From the NCBI RefSeq assembly GCF_006345805.1, contig NC_043000.1, positions 23,436,001 to 23,500,000 on the forward strand: DNA of 64,000 nt, given 5' to 3'. This stretch comes from Octopus sinensis (lineage: Eukaryota). How positions within the stretch are numbered: the stretch's first letter is position 1; the number at the start of each line of letters is the position of its first letter. The position numbers were made by a program, and so were the translations under genes. This document shows, in pieces, positions 1 through 12,221 of the stretch. A model generated the notes under the pieces. The model worked only from the letters and a program-made list of their open reading frames with translations, searched no databases and was not told where the DNA came from.

Positions 1-730
1 GCAGTGTGCCATAGGTTAGCCATCTTTTGTCAAGTTATAGTTAAACCTGTGTAGAGATTTTTAGTTATGCTTTGTTGATCTGAATCGCAGTTCTTTAGCT
101 GTGTTTTGTTCATGGGCATTAACTTTTTATTTTGTAAACATTGTTAAGGGGAATTATTTAATCATATTTCAGAAATATGTTTAAAATTCTGTAATGGAAA
201 GGAGATGTAGTTTGCCAGGAGTGAAGATGCTTGCAATTGAAAAATGTCAGGGAGACTGAGAAGTGGTATGTTCACCATTAGAGGTGATATGGAAGTTATA
301 GATGCTAGAGTCAAAAAAGGAATTAACGATGAAGGTACTTTACTATACAAGTATTTAGTGTGTGAATCAGCTTCTCTGTTTTGGTTTATCATCATTCCTG
401 ATTTGATCTGAGACTGTGTGTTGAAACTAAAACGATTATAATGTAGAAGGCACATGTTTGTGAAGTTAACTTCACTAAGACTGTCTTTGTGTTTTTTTTA
501 AATGGTTAATATCTGTATTCCATGCTGTAATTGATTCAGAAAGTAAATTTCTCCATACATATATTATGAAATCTATTATAGTCAGTTTAAATTCTTGGTT
601 ATTGCTTTATGAGAAGCCTGAATTTATAAACAATAGTCTTTGGGGCCGATTAATAGTTGATAGACCTTCTTAAGAATTAATAAATCTATATGTATTTTGT
701 AAAATAAATATTTTTTAATCTTTTTTTTAG

Positions 731-898
731 TCACCTTGGGCTGAGGTGGAACTCCTCAGGAACTGCTACAGTTGCTTTGGAAGGGAAAATTTGCTACATG
801 ACGACACATACTCTCCAACTCAGCCTAAAGTACCCACTTCGTCAATTCCACTCAGTTTTATGCCTTGTGAGCTTGTTATCAATGAAAGAAAAAGTTGG
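731..898 (+). CDS. Internal coding exon of + strand gene A (NRF1/EWG-like DNA-binding motif end)
   Basis: Poly-T tract + AG at 721-730, GT donor (TGG|gtaagg) at 899. 168 nt open in phase 0: SPWAEVELLRNCYSCFGRENLLHDDTYSPTQPKVPTSSIPLSFMPCELVINERKSW. Upstream exons lie outside the window. Confidence 0.75.
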
Positions 899-3429
899 GT
901 AAGGAACTTTTTTTAAATTTTAATGTTAACATCAAGTACACATGTAAAGGCTATGGATGCAGCCTCTCCTTCCAAACTAAACCAGTATTAATAGAAAAAT
1001 AAATAATTTGATCATTTTATCGCATCATTCATTCATGCCTGTTGATTATGATGGGATTATTACTCCAGGTTAAAAGAAAATAAAATGTTTGTGTAGAAAG
1101 TATGCTATTGCATGGTTTCCAAACATGAACTCTGAATGAAGAGTGTGTGCAAAAGCTGGAAAAAAATGAGGCAAGTATGCTCCATTAGATGTTCAGTGTT
1201 TGTGTGAATGAATAACAAAGCACAAAGGGTTGAGAGAAAGACAGTGTTTTAGAGAAATTGACTGTTGTGTGCAAGAAAGAAGACTGTGATGGTATGGATA
1301 AGTGATGTGTATGTAGGGTGACAGTTGGATAAAGAAGTGTCTAGCAGCTTATCTCGGGATATTAAACCCTATGAAGAAAACTGCAAAGGGCCATGACAAG
1401 TGGCATGACTGCTTACTAGAGAATGCATACAAATATGGAAGACCAGAAGTAAAATGACGATGGTAATGAATAGTTTATTGATCTCAATGTTTCAGCTGAA
1501 TTATAGCATATTTAGGCAGGTCATGTTTCCTTACAAACATATTCGTGCACCTGTACATGCATGCTATTTTGTTTGAGTTGTGAATTCACCCATTGTCAGT
1601 TGTCATGTATGATAAGAGTTTATATCTTAATAAATGCAGTTGACCAAACTTATTTGCTTTATTTCATAGGCTCTTATTTTAACAACTATTCTCTTTTAAT
1701 AAAATCCAAAAAGCCTAGTGTGTGCAGTACTGAAAGGGAAAAGAAGTTTATATAAAATCTGTTTTGATTATATTTAAGTGAAAAATTAGATACTTGACCT
1801 GTTGTACATTATCAATCACCTTTCTTAAGACTATTATCAGTCACCTCTTTTAAGACTCAGTTGATCTTTATAGTAAGAGTGACATTCTATTATCTCTTTG
1901 TTGATTGATTCTTAATTAAAATTATGACTCTGGTTTTGATGGTGGTAATAATGATTTCTCATTATTCGTGAGAATTAAGAAATAGAAAAAGGTGGAATGA
2001 AGGAATACTTTTCTAGAAGTAAAAATTGAAAATGGGTCATGGTCTCCATCAACACATCCATGTTGTGAAATTTATCTAACTCCTAACTATATGGACACTA
2101 GCATGGCTGGGTAGTTTGAAAGTTTACTTGACAACTACATCATTCTTGGTTTGATCATCTCTGTAGGAGCCTTGGCAGGTGTCTTTTACCATAACCTCGA
2201 GTTGGCCAATGACTTATGATAGAGATTTGATAGTCAGAATTTTTGTTGTGGATGTAAACTGTCATATATTTATATGCATGTGATTATCAGTGAATGATGA
2301 AACATTTGGTCAAATAACCAATAAACTGATACTTTCAAATGAAATACATTGTCATATTGGTTCTGCTCAAGTAACATGGACATCTGCCATCACAAATGCA
2401 GTGAACCAGTAACGGGCCTGTTCAGAACCTATAACCAATGACTGTTACCCACAAAATGCCACCTTAAAGTATAGAAAACTGATACATTGAATATCTTGGT
2501 AAGGATTTCAAGGCCAGTCTTTTTAATCAAGATATGTCAAATGTTGACCTGATTTGAACTAGAATTGCATATAGTGTGAGAATGTATGACACATTTTTAC
2601 TCTTTATCAGCAATGTTTGCTGTGTTACATAATGTGAAAGTCCACTGGGGTTCTTCTGTTATTATCTCATATAGAGCTGCATTGCATAATTTTATATCAT
2701 AAGTCAAGCTAGTGCAAAATTGCTCTATAGATTAATTCTACACCTCACAAATATTTGTCCACGCTTATGTCATAGAACATGCACATTATTGCTTATTTCA
2801 GTAAAAATGCTCTATACTTTTGTTTTAATGATTTCTTTTACATGACTCATGCAAGAGTGGTTTAGAGTCAAAGGGCTTTTGAAAAAAAGTACATCAGTAA
2901 CTAGAATACAAATTATTTTCAGGGAGCAAAATCATTCAATGTCATTGGGGAAATGGTTTGCGGTGATATGTAATAGAAGAATACTAAGGAACTTGTGAAA
3001 GTACATAAGACGTTGTGTGGGGTCTCTGGTAGACTCACAATAAAACAGAATTTTTGAAGTAGCTGTTGGAGCTTGTTTCTTAGAAGTTATAGATAAATTC
3101 TATCACATCAATACTAATTACTTCACATAAATGGTGACATAATTAATAAATGGGGAAATAGTGGGAATATAATTAGTAATTGTTTTTTGTTAATTCTTAG
3201 TAGAGAGAACTAATGTAAAGGCTTGAGTTTGTAGAGAAAAAGAAACCTTGAGAAGGACAGAAGGGATATGTGTTGCTAACCTATTTAATAAATAATTCTT
3301 ATCACCATTGAAGACAGCTATAATATAATGATAATGAGAAGATAACATTATACATTTGAAGATAAGCTGATAAACACTTGTGTGTGATGATCCCATATCA
3401 TTTTATGTATACTGAAAGCGTAGAAGGCA

Positions 3430-5640
3430 ATTACTGCTATGGATTTTGGCACTGATAAAAAACTATAGTTTGAAGTATATTTCAAGACTTGCTGAAAAAT
3501 CAGTAGAATGGATTACTTGATAGCTAGAAGCATCAGGCAACAATGTAGACTAATAGTTGCTTGTAGGTTGGTGACAGTTTTTGCTGGTAGGTTGGTAACA
3601 ATGGTTGCTGGTAGGTTGGTAAACAGACTACTGTTTACAAGTTAGTTGCTGACAATTAAGTTGACATTTCGATGAAAGCATTAAAAATTCAAATGCTTGG
3701 GTTTCTTCTGGGGGGTGAAGTAAAGCCACTACAATATTTATAACAGATTAAAGCTAAACCAAGCTGAAACTTAACTATATAGTTCTTCTCCAACAGTGGT
3801 TAAGTGTCATGTGGGTCCTTGAGTGATGAGATTGTCAGATCTGGAAGTTGAAGTAAGCAGGGTTTGATTATCTGGGTAGATGCATGCTGATTTCAGTTGA
3901 AGCAATCAAGTAGTGTTTTGGCAGTTGTGAAAGTTAAGCATGTTTGGTTTTATGATTCATATGCTTGAGTGTTAAATGGACAATCTAATGGCTGGCAAAC
4001 AATATCATCGTAGGTAAATGCAAACTCTTTGTTGACTTTGGTCTGGTCAGTGTTGCTTTTTGTGGTGTCAGACAGAAAATATTCTACTGGAAGTCATAGG
4101 TGGATCCTATGAGTTTGATTGTAGGAACTCCAAGGTCTTTAATAACAGTGTGAATGCCAAACTTAGATACTCCAGTTTATCAGGTTTTGGCTGACCTTTG
4201 AACTAGCTTCAAACTTGATGACTTTAAAAATATTTAATAAATTTATTGGCTGTTAGTCTGGTGTGTACAGTTTTGTCGGAAAAGTGTAGATTCATATTCA
4301 GTATTATGGTCAAAAGTTATAGTTAACAGCACTTCAAAGTGAAAAATTCACTTGGTAAGAAGTGATGATGCAAGTGTTTCTGCAGTAAATTTGGTCACTT
4401 CAAGGCAATATGTAAATTGATCACTGTGAGCAAATAATGAATGAATGATCACCTTTTGACGGAAGAAATGAACCAACAGTGTTTAGTGATACTTTGGTGG
4501 GAGAACGAGCTTCCTTTCCTGTGCAAAACAGGCTGTGTCTTTGTGTTGATTTGATGTACCTGCCATATCATTGAAGTACAGGTAGATCACCTAGTGGAGT
4601 TTTTACACCTAATAGGGATTTAGTGAGGCTACCTTCATACCTAAGTCTATGATTGTGCAGTGTTTATAGATTGAAACTGCTGTGATCTTTGCTACTCAGG
4701 TTAGTGGTCATATCCAGTGGTAATGGTGACTATTAACAGTGGTATGCAAACAGCACTTGTCAATAGGATGAGGAGAACATCTGCTTCAATGAAAACTTAC
4801 TAGAAAGTGTTAGTGTTCCATCTAGCAAAAGTTGTCACTGGGCTTTCATTGAGAGATTGTTGATGGAAGCTTGAGGTATTTCATTGATATGGCTCACCAA
4901 AGTGGTAACTGGAGATAAAGCTATTATACTTACTCTATTTAATAAAAAGTGGTGTTACTCATTGCGCTGCCATGTATTGTCATTAGTAATGGGCCCTTTG
5001 TTTCCTGAAAAATTTGTTTAGACATTTGTATTCCTTAATTTTGGTACCAAATTTGTGGTTCATCACTACAAGTTGGATGTAGGAATTGCAAAGAAGATCA
5101 ATTTGTTAACCTTGGTTGTAACAATTTGTTGACCATGATTATCAGGTCAGCTAACTTTTGCTGATCTAACAACCACTGTTGAAAAATTTGACAAGTGTGT
5201 TAAAGGAACTTTCCAAGTCCATAGAATTATGTTGGCCATTTCCACTAGTGTTAAAATCACTAATGCCAGATGTATTACCATTTGATAGTAGTTGTAGTAA
5301 AAGTTAATACAGTAAATTTTCTCAGTAGGACCATCTTGCTACAGTGTGTACATATGTGGTTCAGTAGGTGGGAATAGGACTTAAATCCCTTGATAGCTCA
5401 CTGTTTTATCTGAATGTTCCTTAGGCCAGATTTTGAAGTGTTTTAATGAGAAAATCTTTTGCGGTCTTGAATGATTTGTTGTCTATTGGAAGCAAAATGA
5501 TGATACGGTAGTCTAAGAGAAAACATTTGCAATGATATAGTTGAAATTGATGCATTCGCATGTAATATTCTTGATTTCAAATTGTCCTTCTACTTGTGCA
5601 AGTACTTGGTCCGCTGGCCAAAAAGGAGGTGTTTTATCAT
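3430..5640 (-). mobile_element. Highly degenerate LTR-retrotransposon (Ty3/Gypsy-like) pol/integrase remnant
   Basis: Minus-strand peptide fragments resemble integrase (e.g. W.SKFGI near 4150-4185; KTPLGDL near 4585-4615). Many stops and frameshifts, and no LTR recognised. Confidence 0.35.
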
Positions 5641-6007
5641 CATAGTAGATAGGATAGGAGGATCTTACTTATACATTCCATTTGTGGCATTGTTTCTGTG
5701 GCTAGGTGCCCTTCCTAAAACCAGCCACTTTATAGTGTATATGAGGTACATTTGATTTGATATCAGTACTAGAGAAGTTATTTAGTCCATGGCAAAATTG
5801 AGTTCTCTCAATATTGTCTCTATTTGTTCAAGAGGAGACCAAGAGTCTCCACTTGAACAAGAGAGGAAAGTGAAGGAGAAAACAGGAAATAATAGAAGTG
5901 TGACTGATACGCAGCTACATGTTGGTTATGGGTAAGGAATTGGAATAGGAAAACAGCATGAATGGTGGATAGGGGAAGAAAAAAAGCAATGGGAATGAGA
6001 CAGTTAA

Positions 6008-7077
6008 CCCTTTCGTTACCAAACCGCCAAAGCCGCCTGTATTTACCTATTCTTATTTAAATGAGAATATCAGAGCAAATCTCTTTAGTACATTCGTGAA
6101 AACACGTGATTATACTTCGTAAACAGTTCATCTACAGTTTTGTACAACGATCAACGTGTAACTTTAATTCCCTGGATTTTGGGAGATTTTTTTTCCAAAT
6201 TTTTTTCGGCATCGATTTTTCTTCAACTTTGAAAATGGATAGGAGTTTCATGTTATCAAGCATTGATTCCGAATTGGAAAATTTGTGAAGCAAATACTGG
6301 GTACTGTTGTGGATTTAGTTTTTATACTGGGAAACTAATGTTAGTCAGCATGGCTTAGGGTATGATGTGGTCTGGAATTTATTGTTTGAAGCGATCAATG
6401 CAGAAACAAACTTACGCAGAATGTAAACAAACACAAAATGGGGGTTCAAATTTATCGGAAAATTTGTGAAGCAAATACTGGGTACTGCGTGGATTTAGTT
6501 TTTATACAGGGAAAATAATGTTAGTCAGCATGGCCTAGGGAACGATGTGGTCTGGAATTTATCACTTCCATACCATAACCAGGGCCGTATATTATTTTTT
6601 GACCGATTTCTTTAGTTCGGTCAAACTTGCGGTGGATTCCAGTATTTCACTTTATACCTTTATGGTACACCTGTTGTGCATTAAATTCAACTGATGATAT
6701 AGTGATGTGCACAGTTCTTCTTTATCAAAATTTTGTTGCATACCCATTTGAATATTAGCTGATGATTCATTTTCTATGGTGATGTTTAAACAAAATTTTA
6801 ATATTTTTACCTTTAGCTCAATTTAAAATTTTAATATTTTTACCTTTTGCTCAATTTACCTGGATTTACCTGTAATTAAAGTCACTTTGAGACAAAAGTT
6901 ATGCAATAGAATTGATTAAGAACCCTTTCTTTAATTATGTTCCAAATATCACATTAATATGTTGATAAGTAAAAAAGTTAGTTATTTAATGAAACAAGCC
7001 TAGATTCATGATTATTTTAGAATTTAATTGAAACTCATGAGGGGTGTATTTTGGTCAGAAATATAGTAACGAAAGGG
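6008..7077 (+). mobile_element. piggyBac internal-deletion derivative
   Basis: TTAA target duplications at 6004-6007 and 7078-7081. TIRs CCCTTTCGTTAC...GTAACGAAAGGG. Frameshifted transposase remnants KWGFK, CEANTGYC, HGLGNDVVWNL..PYHNQGRILFFDRF. Confidence 0.85.
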
Positions 7078-8204
7078 TTAATGGATGTGAGAAAGTGATG
7101 GAAGGAGTAATGAGAAAAGAGATGTTAGTGAGAGTGCCCTGCACTTCATGCATTTATCATGCTCCATATGCATCAGATGTCCATAACAGTGCAGTTCTCT
7201 CTCTTGCACACTACATCTGATTCCTTTTCTATCCAGATTTTCTTTCAGTTTGTTCTACCTAATTTATGCAGACTAATATTTACATATCCAGTGGTGCTTC
7301 ATTTTTTCCTATCTTTTTCAAATCATCATTATTCTCCATACAAACTGGTTCTCGTTCTGAGAGGGGCGAGGAGAAACCCTTTGTTACTAGCTGAGGTAAT
7401 AGCTCCCTAAACTTTTTCTACTTTGTATCTTACATTAGCTTCTGTGCTTTCAACTAGCTTCCACTGCTGATTAACAAAAGCTATCAACTACTTAAAGTGT
7501 GCTTTGTAAGCATTTGAAAGAATGTTTTTTACATGTAATTATGTTGATAAATGAAATTAGATCAAAACAAGTTAAATTGCTTATATCAATATTATACAAT
7601 TATTACAGATTGAACCAATTTAAAAATAAATTTATTCCTGTGTAAAAGTGGATGTTATATTAGAACATAAAATACTAAGTTATTTACCATGAAAGAATCT
7701 TTCATATGGACCTAAGGTGCATATAAGCACTCATGTTTATACTGCTAGTAGGATATAATTGTCTGCAATTTGCTGCTGGGACTACCAGATAAGGTGATTT
7801 TGGCCTTTGTATATGCCTCTGTCAGCAATATAAATAGGATCTTGGTGCCTAGTGAGACACTGGTGGGGATAAGTATTACCTTTCAGTATTAAGGCTGCTT
7901 CTGTCACTAATAATTATTTTTTGATGAGCCCACTGGTAATTTGTGACTCCAGTGTTGATTATTTCCTGCTAGCAATATGAACATGAGTTTTTATATGCAC
8001 CACAAGTCCATATGAGAGGTTCTTTATTTTTTTAAAATATATTATCCACTGTCATTTAATGTGTGTTTTTCCATGCTTATTAAGCATTAAATTATCTAAT
8101 TCACTTATCCCATAATTGTTTCATGATGTAAAAGTGTGTTCAAATATATTTTCAACAAGCGTTGGTTTTAAATTTATTTTAATTCATTTAACTTGTAATT
8201 ACAG

Positions 8205-8271
8205 GAAGATATTGGCAAGGTACCAAATCCCTGGGATTCTGCCTCTAGTTGCAATAATCAAGATTTAACTG
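8205..8271 (+). CDS. Internal coding exon of gene A
   Basis: ttacag| acceptor and G|gtaagt donor. 67 nt, EDIGKVPNPWDSASSCNNQDLT+G. Enters in phase 0 and exits in phase 1, matching both neighbouring exons. Confidence 0.7.
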
Positions 8272-9222
8272 GTAAGTTGAAGTTTTTAATTTGAATTATC
8301 TGGTTAGAAGTTATTTTTCCTAATGAGTTTATCTGAGTACGGGTATTTTTGTGAGGTTCAGAAATTCACTTAGCAGCCATGTGCTTTTTGGTTTAATTAC
8401 ACTGCAATGGTACCTTCACTCAACTGTAAATGGGTAGCCTTCCAATCAGGTGGGATGTTGGCCTGCTCACCCAGCCATCATTCAAAAGCTATATTGATGC
8501 AAAGTGCATTGTGAACAGTGATGAGTAACGTCTGATAGTCTTGTCAATCATGTGATATTTCTTATGTTGATTGAGAGCACATAACAGTTCTGCCCAATAT
8601 GAATCATAAGGCTACTTTTTAGCAGTCTTAACTGTTTAGGTTTAAAGAGCATAGCTCTGCCATGGCTTTTTTTCAAAATATTTACTTAAAGCAATTAAGC
8701 ACAAGACAAAACTTAGAAAATTAAAAATGGCTGTTCTTATTAAAAAGGCATGTAAAAGAAATAAACTATTAATATATTATGAAAACACATCAGGAGCATC
8801 TTAGCCTGCTAGTTCCAAAATCTGAAGTTAAAAATTTAAGCAACTTAGCAATTGATCATTTTAAATGAAATATTTACTCAAGTGTTCTTTTGAGGTTAAA
8901 GCTTTGTTGGAATATAAATTTGAAGAGAATTTAACTTGAAAGATTACTTAAGATGAAATAAAAATCCTACCAAAGGATTGAAAAGCTTATTCGTACCAAA
9001 TTTATGAAAGAGTTGTTTTATTGTGTGAATTGTTGCTACTAGATCTTTTATCAAATTCTTTTAAGTCTGATTTCTTTCTTTATATTTAAATTCAAATTGG
9101 GATGTTTAGTGCATTTATATTACATTTCATATTTTAGTCAGAACTGGAGCAGTACATGTTTACTGAACCATACTCCGTGACTGACTCTAAGCTCTCTACA
9201 TCTCTGACTCCACTGCCCCATA

Positions 9223-9726
9223 TCTCTCTATATATAAACGGCAGTTTGTCTGTCTGTGTGTCTGTCAGGTTGTACCTTCACCCTAACCACGGCTTTCAAC
9301 CGATTCTGATGAAACTTGACACACACATAGCCCAATGTCATAATTCAAAACTAACGCAGCGAAAAGTTTGAAAAGTCTCCCCAGTTCTGAAAAAAATAGA
9401 TAAATTCGACATGGGGTTGAGAATCTAAGCTTTTTATTTGCAACACATTTTCTGTTGTAGTTTTCGCAACTTGCAATCGATTTCCACCAAACTCATGGTG
9501 AAGCTTAATGTTACCCTAAGAAACTTAATTCTGACATTAGTTTTCCATGCAATACCTTACCATCAGAAAAATCGATAAAATCATGCCATTTTGGGAAATC
9601 GCGTTCAAATTCAAGATGACATATTTTCGACAGTATCTTTCACAAATTGGCAGGAATTTTTTAAAAATTCACAGCAAGCATCATGTCTGCTCCAGGGGCT
9701 CTTACAATGCCGGGCTATGCTGCTAG
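9223..9726 (+). mobile_element. Non-autonomous Helitron-like element
   Basis: Begins A|TCTCTCTATATATAAA, has a (TCTG)-like repeat, and ends GCCGGGCTATGCTGCTAG|T (5'-TC, 3'-CTAG, AT insertion site). Confidence 0.6.
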
Positions 9727-11145
9727 TTTTATATAAATTACAAGACAAAAATACTTCGACTGTCAATGTGTTTAAAATCTGAAACAGCAAGTAAGGGAGA
9801 TAACTCCAGTATCAGTTAACCCAAATTTTTGAAAAATATAAAGATGATGATAGGTGCAAATCTTATATTTAAAACCAATCAGTGCTGTGGTGGACCTGTT
9901 TTGAGTTTGTTATTACACCTCCTCAGCGAAGCATATTCTACAAAGTATATTGAGAAATAAGAAATGTATTGATACTGATTATAAATATCAGCAACAGAGT
10001 TGAGTGGAGTGTTGTACATGCTAAATATACATTGAGTAGGGTCTCCACATATAAAGTATTTTGAAAAACCCTAATTAACAGGAATTATCCCTTTCAATGT
10101 TTTTCAAGATGCTAACCATTTGTAGGGAGAATTATTGTTTGTTAATTGCAGGGACAATCTCAGTTAATCAAAGTTTTTCAACTTAATATATTATATGAAA
10201 AGCCCCATCATATTGTGTAGTTTCTATCTGTGAGTTGGGAGGAGATTCCAGAGGGTCAGTGTTCTGGCAGGGATGGGCTGAGTACAGTAGCTAGTGCAGG
10301 GTCTGGAGGTTGGACACAAGAAGGGTGATGAGAGGTGGAGAGATAATTGGGTTGAATAGTAGAATCAGCCTAAGTGGTATGATGGAGGAAGAAAGAGTTT
10401 AAAGGATGGAGGTAAGCTGTTTGAAAAGAGAGTAATGATAATGAGAAAAGAGTGATGGGAGTAGGGTGAGTGGTGTATGTCAGCAGTGATAAAGGAGGAA
10501 ATAATGTATGAGGGAGAGAGTGCTGTATAGTAATAATAAAGATGGGTGATGTTAGAATACATAATAGAGGAGTGATAAATTTTTAGTTTTAGAAGGAATA
10601 AGGCAAATTACTAGTACTAGTTGCCTTAATACACTCCAAAGTGTTTGCCAAACAAGTGGAGATAATGTGGGTCCAAGAGAATGTTACAACTTCCCTAATC
10701 AGATGCCATGATAAATGCACTCAAAATAATCTGTACTAGGTGTCTTTTGAAGTGCTGCTTGCTGATAGGAAGGGCATCAGGTTGTAGAATACAAGCAAAA
10801 ATGAAACTTATGAGTAAGATATGTTCATCTAACTTTTCTAGAAAGGCAGTAACTCTGATTAAAAACTGAATTGGACTTTAATGACCAGCCAACCCATGCT
10901 AGCATAGAAAACATGTAAAGGGATGAAGAAGAGAGATTATTGTTAATAATAATGATTAAGAAGTGGAAGAGAGAGTGATAGCTGGCAATAACAAAGCAAA
11001 GTTTGATGATAATAGGAAATTGTAGATTATATTTCTTAATACCAAGTAAATTAATAAACTTTAGATACAAAGCTTTGCTTTGAATCGCAACATACTGGAT
11101 TTTAAATTTGAATACCTAACATAATCAAAGATTTTTGCTTCACTC

Positions 11146-11575
11146 CTTAACATTTCAGTTACTCTGTCAAATGTAATGCTTATTTAGTCACATTGTTTTG
11201 AATTAGTCATGCATTATTTTGTAGCTTCAAAATTTTTACAGTGTGATAGTAGTTTTTTAGAATGACATCATAGGGTAAGTTTGGCTGGTTTGAACATAAA
11301 ACAAGTATAATATTTGGGCTGGATGTGGCTGGCTTAACCCTTTAGTGTTTAAACCGGCCATATCTGGCCCAGATATTCTAAATGTTTTATATTCAAATTG
11401 GCCATATCTAGCCTCTCACATCTAACCTACATTGACATTCTAAAAATAAACAATCATATCATTGAAACCTCAAAGCTATAACGTAATGCATGATTAATTC
11501 AAAACAATTTGAGTGAAAAAGTATTACATTTAACAGAGTAATCTGAACACCAAAGGGTTAAATGTTTAAGGGTTA
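11146..11575. mobile_element. Two nested TTAA-type (piggyBac-like) MITEs of the same family in opposite orientation
   Basis: Inner copy 11338-11557 has TTAA TSDs (11334-37, 11558-61) and CCCTTTAG/CCAAAGGG TIRs. It sits in the terminal TTAA of an older reverse copy (about 11146-11333, continuing atgtttaagggtt). Confidence 0.7.
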
Positions 11576-12221
11576 TAAAAGGGTATCTCTATGCCGCTAA
11601 GATAAAAAGGCAAATGTAACAGGATCTAGTGGAGAGTAAGCTGAGTACACATGGTTGTTTTGATGTGTTTCAAGTGATTTAATATGTTGATCAGGTGCAG
11701 GTATGGCCATGTTGTTTAAGTTCACCATCTCTCTATCTTGGGTATATATCTTTTATAAAGCATAGCTTGGTCTATACCTTGTGAATGGGGTACAGTAGAC
11801 GGAAACTGGGCAGAAGCCTGTCGTGTGTGTGTGTGTGTGTTTATATCACACACACAACATCAGTCTAAAAACCAATGTTGTTCTTTATGTCTGTAACTTA
11901 ATGGTTCAGCAAAAAGAGATCTATAAAATAGGTACAGGCATTGATGTGATCAACTAAGACTTTTGATGGCTGTGCCACAGCTCAGTGACTGAAACTAGTC
12001 GTTAAATTTTAGCTATTCAGTCTCGCATGAGTTTTTGATGGGTAGATTAAAAAAATGAAAATACTGAATTAAGATTAGTTGACCAGCAGCACCTTCAGAT
12101 GAAAATGTAAATTTATTTTATGTATACTTATGAATGTATTGAATTGATTTCAAATTTATATGTATTTGTGTGTATTTTCTTGTTAGTTTAAAGCTGTTTT
12201 TTCTTTCACTTTTTTCTTCAG

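Noticed and set aside
12170-12221. Track start of the 815-aa ORF (MYFLVSLKLFF...) looking like a signal peptide
   Set aside because: It is the intronic polypyrimidine tract with a GTG start; the real entry is by splicing at 12222.
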